This document shows, piece by piece, positions 53,701 through 56,949 of a stretch of DNA of 56,949 nucleotides (position 1 is its first letter; each line of letters starts with the position of its first letter). The position numbers and the translations under genes were made by a program. A model generated the notes under the pieces. That model worked only from the letters and a program-made list of their open reading frames with translations, did not search any database and was not told the DNA's origin. The DNA is from a virus (Duplodnaviria; Caudoviricetes): positions 1-56,949 of the IMG/VR virus record IMGVR_UViG_3300044568_000318. One strand, given 5' to 3'.

Positions 53701-56700
53701 AGACTGAGCTTCTGAAAGAGAAGCCGAAGACCCGCAAGGAACTGACGTTTGAAGAGCGTCGGACCATGCAGTTGGATGAGGAAGAGGACGCTGCCGAGGC
53801 AGTCCCACCGAAGAAGGAGCCCCCGCCCCCAAAAGGTGAGGCGGCGGTTACGCCGCCTGCTCCCGCACCCGGTGAAGGCTTCCTCGACTCCACGAAGTAC
53901 GTCTACCACGTAGTACGCAGTGATGCCGACATCCCCGGCATCATGAAAAGCGGGTTGCGTCCGGGCTCTAACGTCAGTTTCGACACCGATGGTCAGGCGT
54001 TCTCGGGCGAAGGCGACACGATTCTGGTCTTCCTCCGTGAAGCTGTTAGCCCCGACACCAAGGAGTACCAGGGCGATGGCGTAACGACCAAGGCCGCCAA
54101 GCCAGTGGCAATCCTGAAGGACACCTCGGTGGAAGCCGGAGGTGGGACCAAGCAGGACCTGGAAGAACAAGCTGCTACGGCGCAGGAAGAGTTCGACAAG
54201 CTTGTCGAGTACTCACAACGTGAGTACGGGCTCTCTCAAGGAGATGTCGAAGCATACGCCTGGGGCACCAAGAAGATCACGGCTGCACCGGCAGAAGCAC
54301 AGCCGTTGATGAAGCGACTGCGTGCGTTGTCTGCCCGAGTTGATAGGCTGCTCGAGGAAAGCGAGCGTGCACCGGACACCGCTGTTTCCGCAGAGACTGT
54401 GCTTGCTAAGTACACGCAGTACGACGTGCCGGTACAGCAGGTGGTGATCGAAGCGCAGGACGATGGGCAGCTAGTAACGCTAGGTGTGAAAGCTCCCACA
54501 CGCACAATCTCCGCTGAGGACCAGTGGAACGAAGAGCGACTGCCTGGGGATGTGGCTTTCGTCGATCTGCCGAAGTCTGCCAAGGACCGGTGGGAGGCGT
54601 CCGACCGCTCGGGTGCTGCGCAGGTTGTGATCCTGCAAGAAGTCGGTGACCAACTGTTGCCGATGACGCCGACTGAACGGCTGAACTACGCCATCGCAGC
54701 CGCCTCCGCTGCGATGGATGCGGCCAACATCGACGGCTTCACGAACACCATCGACACGATTGTCGAGGTGGCGTACTTCACCCCTGGAGACGACTACACC
54801 AAGGCGCAGCAGGCCGAGGCGCTTCAGTTCCTGTCTGACCCGGACGACTTCAACGGGGCAGAGCAGCAAGCGATCCAGGATTCCTTCGTGGTTGCCGCTG
54901 AAGGCAAGACGCTGGAGACCACCACCAAGAAGACCAAGACCGGAACCGGCGAGGCAGGTGCCTATCGCCCGTGGTACTCCTACGCCCTGGACACACCGGG
55001 CATGATCCAGCGGCTCTCCACCGTCAACGTGGTGTTCAGTTCGATACCGGAAGCCGAAGCCCGCAGACTCCTCAGTGACGGCTTGATCACACGGGCCAAC
55101 CTGCCTGTGTCTACGGCCAACAGGATCCTCGGCAAGGAAGTGACAGCCAAGGAGGACAGCGAAGCCAACCCACAGCGCAGTCCGCTGTTCTACCTGCTGG
55201 AGGAGATCACCAAGCTCAACAGCAGCACCGCACCGCTGAACGCTAAGGCTCAGAAGGCTGCCATTGAACGGTTGCGTGCGTACTACGCCGCTGCACTTGA
55301 GCAGGACCTCGACACGGCGCAGGTGGATCAGTACTTCCGCACCGATGGCACGCCCATCACAGCCAAGATTGATGATCTGTTCCGTGTTCTCAACGAAGAG
55401 GACTACAACAACCGTGGCGCACTGGAAGCGGCAAGCCGCGCAGAACGCAAGGCAGCAGATGCTGCCAAGCGTGGCCCCACGATCAGCACTTTCGATGACT
55501 GGGAAGAGGACGGACGGTTCTTCAGCGACGACAACGTGCCGCTCAAGCCGATGGGTGCCGGACGCATCCGGATGGCCGTTACCAAGTTCCTGAGCAAGCT
55601 CAAGATCAAGCCCACGGTTCACGTCTTCCGCAACCAGGAAGACCTCAAGGCCAGCAACCCCGAGTTGTACCGCCGCGCCGTGGCTGCACGCCCACAGGGT
55701 GACTTCGATCTCACGCCTGCTGCGGGCTACTCGTTCGGGCAGGACCAAGTCATCATCTTCTCTGACCGCATCCGTACCGAGAGACATCTGAACTTCGTCC
55801 TGGCGCACGAGACGCTGGGTCACTTCGGTCTGCGAAGCATCCTGCCGAAGGACAAGTTCAACGCGGTGATGGAGGACATCTACAACAGAAGCGACAACGT
55901 GCGCCTTGCGGTGGACGCCGCGATGGATGTCCGCGACATGCCGAAGGCTGAAGCAGTCGAGGAGTACCTCGCTGACTTCGCAGCCAACCTGGATGTCAGC
56001 CTCATCGCTCGTGTGTGGAACGCCATCAAGGACGCACTCAACGCACTGGGCATCCGGTTCGGTGACGAGGCTGCACGGTTCTGGGTGAGTCAGGCACGAC
56101 GTTATGTCCGCACTGGGCAGACCTCTTCGCTCTTCACCGTGCAAGATGTCATGGCGCGAGTGCAGGCTGTCGAGACGGCCGATGACCCTGACAATACGGG
56201 GCGCTTCGTCGTGGCTGGTGACTTGCGGATGGACAACATCCGCGCTGCCGACCTGATGCAGGACGTTGCCACCGGGTTCTCGAACATCACCGAAGCGACC
56301 AAGAGCCTCAAGGGTGTGCTCGGCAACACGCAGGAGAGCGTGGACAAGTTCCTGGCCCAGGTGTTCAGCCTGATGAACTTCCGCGCCCGTGAGAACGCAG
56401 GTGCCTACGAAGTGGATCGGGTGTTGCGCAGGGGCCGTGGCATTGCGATGGAGGTGCGCAACGCGCTCAACGAGAAGCTGGCACCCATGCTCAGCCGTGC
56501 GGTCGAGGTACCGTTCAGCAAGATCACGTTTGGTGGTATCACTGAAGTCCAGTACGAGCAGGCCAACCGCCTCCTGTACGCCGCACAGCGGCTGAAGTTC
56601 AGCACCATCCCGACGCCATCTGAACTGGGCCGCACCCCGCTGTATCGGGTGAACCCGGACACGGGCGAACTCATCCCCAACCAGACCGAGATCGACCGGC

Positions 56701-56949
56701 TCTACAACATGGGGCTGATAACGCTGGAGCAGGCCCGGGATGGATTCACGTACAAAGACACGTACATGGATGCCGGGGAGGAGAAGACCGAAACCGTTCG
56801 TGTTGCAGGTATCCCCGGGCTGACCAAGGACAGCCCAGAGTGGAAGGCGTACATCGTCACCCGTGAGGCCATGCGTGATGTGGAGCTTGAGCTTCTTCGT
56901 GCACGGTACCTGTCGTTCACTCAGGAGCGCGACTTCGCCTTCCGCGAGA
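50754..56949 (+). CDS. Giant (~3009 aa) polyvalent internal virion protein, N-terminal part; runs through the junction to 2970
   Basis: ATG 50754 in frame with ATG 56871 (= position 58); the track lists no terminated ORF in this frame; segments translated by hand are open and contain HETLGH and ART-like motifs. Confidence 0.85.
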   Translation, partial: MATAGLSLGSSFLPASGEVPSPVVNPYELRASGLSGLGSSAADIASLGAQGVAMFSNRLKLPETKEPTIAYSGSKKQFFVQGTTFDADDADAALRSEQLLGGVPTGLPEGDWIPLTTQQYGQLLQSIRQPGLGTLASKGFGRGVDISQMLVGRGLQLAGAEELGGRIVAQQMEDLRKTQPYERQFTDVKSGGDAVDWLVANFAQQGPNLIESIVTAGLGFLAGTASSGNPLGGAAASLASVIGKETWKNSVKDALKKRAAGEALTPDAEKLLRTAAGVGMATAVTFGQGMATGAADIYGELRERGADADDVTARMTALKGSVPYALLDILPEAVLFSRLLGRGARPALGTLPTARAKALEVAQRGLVGGAVGGAAGGTSELGQEALLLYMSDQELGSPENVKRLINSFAAGAAVSGPIGAGVNIFNPSNLLQPGTSTDPTGTQQPVTPTLPASAPRGTQGELFPIAPGEMAGPAFSPLPPRPAPGVVPAQPGQMALFEPTAPTVASRMERGMMPPGPMAQGQLALVGGQVAPGYVPPQAFAPEVPAVPGLSSQEAAAQGALQFAPPAPEGRPVGTMANQLQAIVDRQRRERELAAIEAQQAAQREADLERLAVQATNQRLLEQAGLAEAPAPAPALPMVPITPRQPQQLPLFTRRQAPVPPKAGQLRRGRKMQPAPAAQPDRGIRQATLQLPMFTATGEPSLPALKAAGTRKKVAAAPAPTPAKNTAGARGLKKGAKVAEINVAEAERPEVATQRATLERLLPKETGNLKLEKITAYAGNWRVSYITADGRSGNSMPVNAEDLVGKTDAEIKVMLADRARKNGLKEVADAIETRNLKQGRVAKRAEDRTGVGAGGNAGQQPPTQEQGAGRPAGGRGVALKRGKKAEVAPTAKVIPLKRKETAPTPATVETLVRFRWTDGTRGAYVVLSNGKVVELYAFDTNTWTSPAVAEDVTLGTTLQEAAQEVASREGTAQEVPAVSEARKTELLKEKPKTRKELTFEERRTMQLDEEEDAAEAVPPKKEPPPPKGEAAVTPPAPAPGEGFLDSTKYVYHVVRSDADIPGIMKSGLRPGSNVSFDTDGQAFSGEGDTILVFLREAVSPDTKEYQGDGVTTKAAKPVAILKDTSVEAGGGTKQDLEEQAATAQEEFDKLVEYSQREYGLSQGDVEAYAWGTKKITAAPAEAQPLMKRLRALSARVDRLLEESERAPDTAVSAETVLAKYTQYDVPVQQVVIEAQDDGQLVTLGVKAPTRTISAEDQWNEERLPGDVAFVDLPKSAKDRWEASDRSGAAQVVILQEVGDQLLPMTPTERLNYAIAAASAAMDAANIDGFTNTIDTIVEVAYFTPGDDYTKAQQAEALQFLSDPDDFNGAEQQAIQDSFVVAAEGKTLETTTKKTKTGTGEAGAYRPWYSYALDTPGMIQRLSTVNVVFSSIPEAEARRLLSDGLITRANLPVSTANRILGKEVTAKEDSEANPQRSPLFYLLEEITKLNSSTAPLNAKAQKAAIERLRAYYAAALEQDLDTAQVDQYFRTDGTPITAKIDDLFRVLNEEDYNNRGALEAASRAERKAADAAKRGPTISTFDDWEEDGRFFSDDNVPLKPMGAGRIRMAVTKFLSKLKIKPTVHVFRNQEDLKASNPELYRRAVAARPQGDFDLTPAAGYSFGQDQVIIFSDRIRTERHLNFVLAHETLGHFGLRSILPKDKFNAVMEDIYNRSDNVRLAVDAAMDVRDMPKAEAVEEYLADFAANLDVSLIARVWNAIKDALNALGIRFGDEAARFWVSQARRYVRTGQTSSLFTVQDVMARVQAVETADDPDNTGRFVVAGDLRMDNIRAADLMQDVATGFSNITEATKSLKGVLGNTQESVDKFLAQVFSLMNFRARENAGAYEVDRVLRRGRGIAMEVRNALNEKLAPMLSRAVEVPFSKITFGGITEVQYEQANRLLYAAQRLKFSTIPTPSELGRTPLYRVNPDTGELIPNQTEIDRLYNMGLITLEQARDGFTYKDTYMDAGEEKTETVRVAGIPGLTKDSPEWKAYIVTREAMRDVELELLRARYLSFTQERDFAFRE
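56824..56949. repeat. Terminal direct repeat copy 2
   Basis: Identical to 11-136. Confidence 0.95.

Overview
Essentially complete, circularly permuted genome (~56.8 kb; bases 11-136 recur at 56824-56949) of a GC-rich tailed dsDNA phage with podovirus-like gene content. The minus-strand arm (2967-25245) holds small early genes, a MoxR-like AAA/VWA-metallopeptidase module, a family A DNA polymerase, nucleases, an SNF2-like helicase, a putative SSB and a primase-helicase. An AT-rich control/origin-like region lies at ~24050-25630. The plus-strand arm holds terminase, portal, scaffold, capsid, tail/receptor-binding, lysis and ejection genes. It ends in a ~3009-aa internal virion protein that spans the contig junction and is mostly missing from the ORF track. 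I recognised no integrase, RNA polymerase, tRNA or CRISPR array. The most striking element is a 278-aa intein in motif B of the DNA polymerase. Its in-frame middle has no recognisable endonuclease, but it fully contains an HNH-type endonuclease gene in a shifted frame on the same strand, with its own Shine-Dalgarno sequence written in conserved intein codons. All product names come from motif recognition by eye; no database searches were run.
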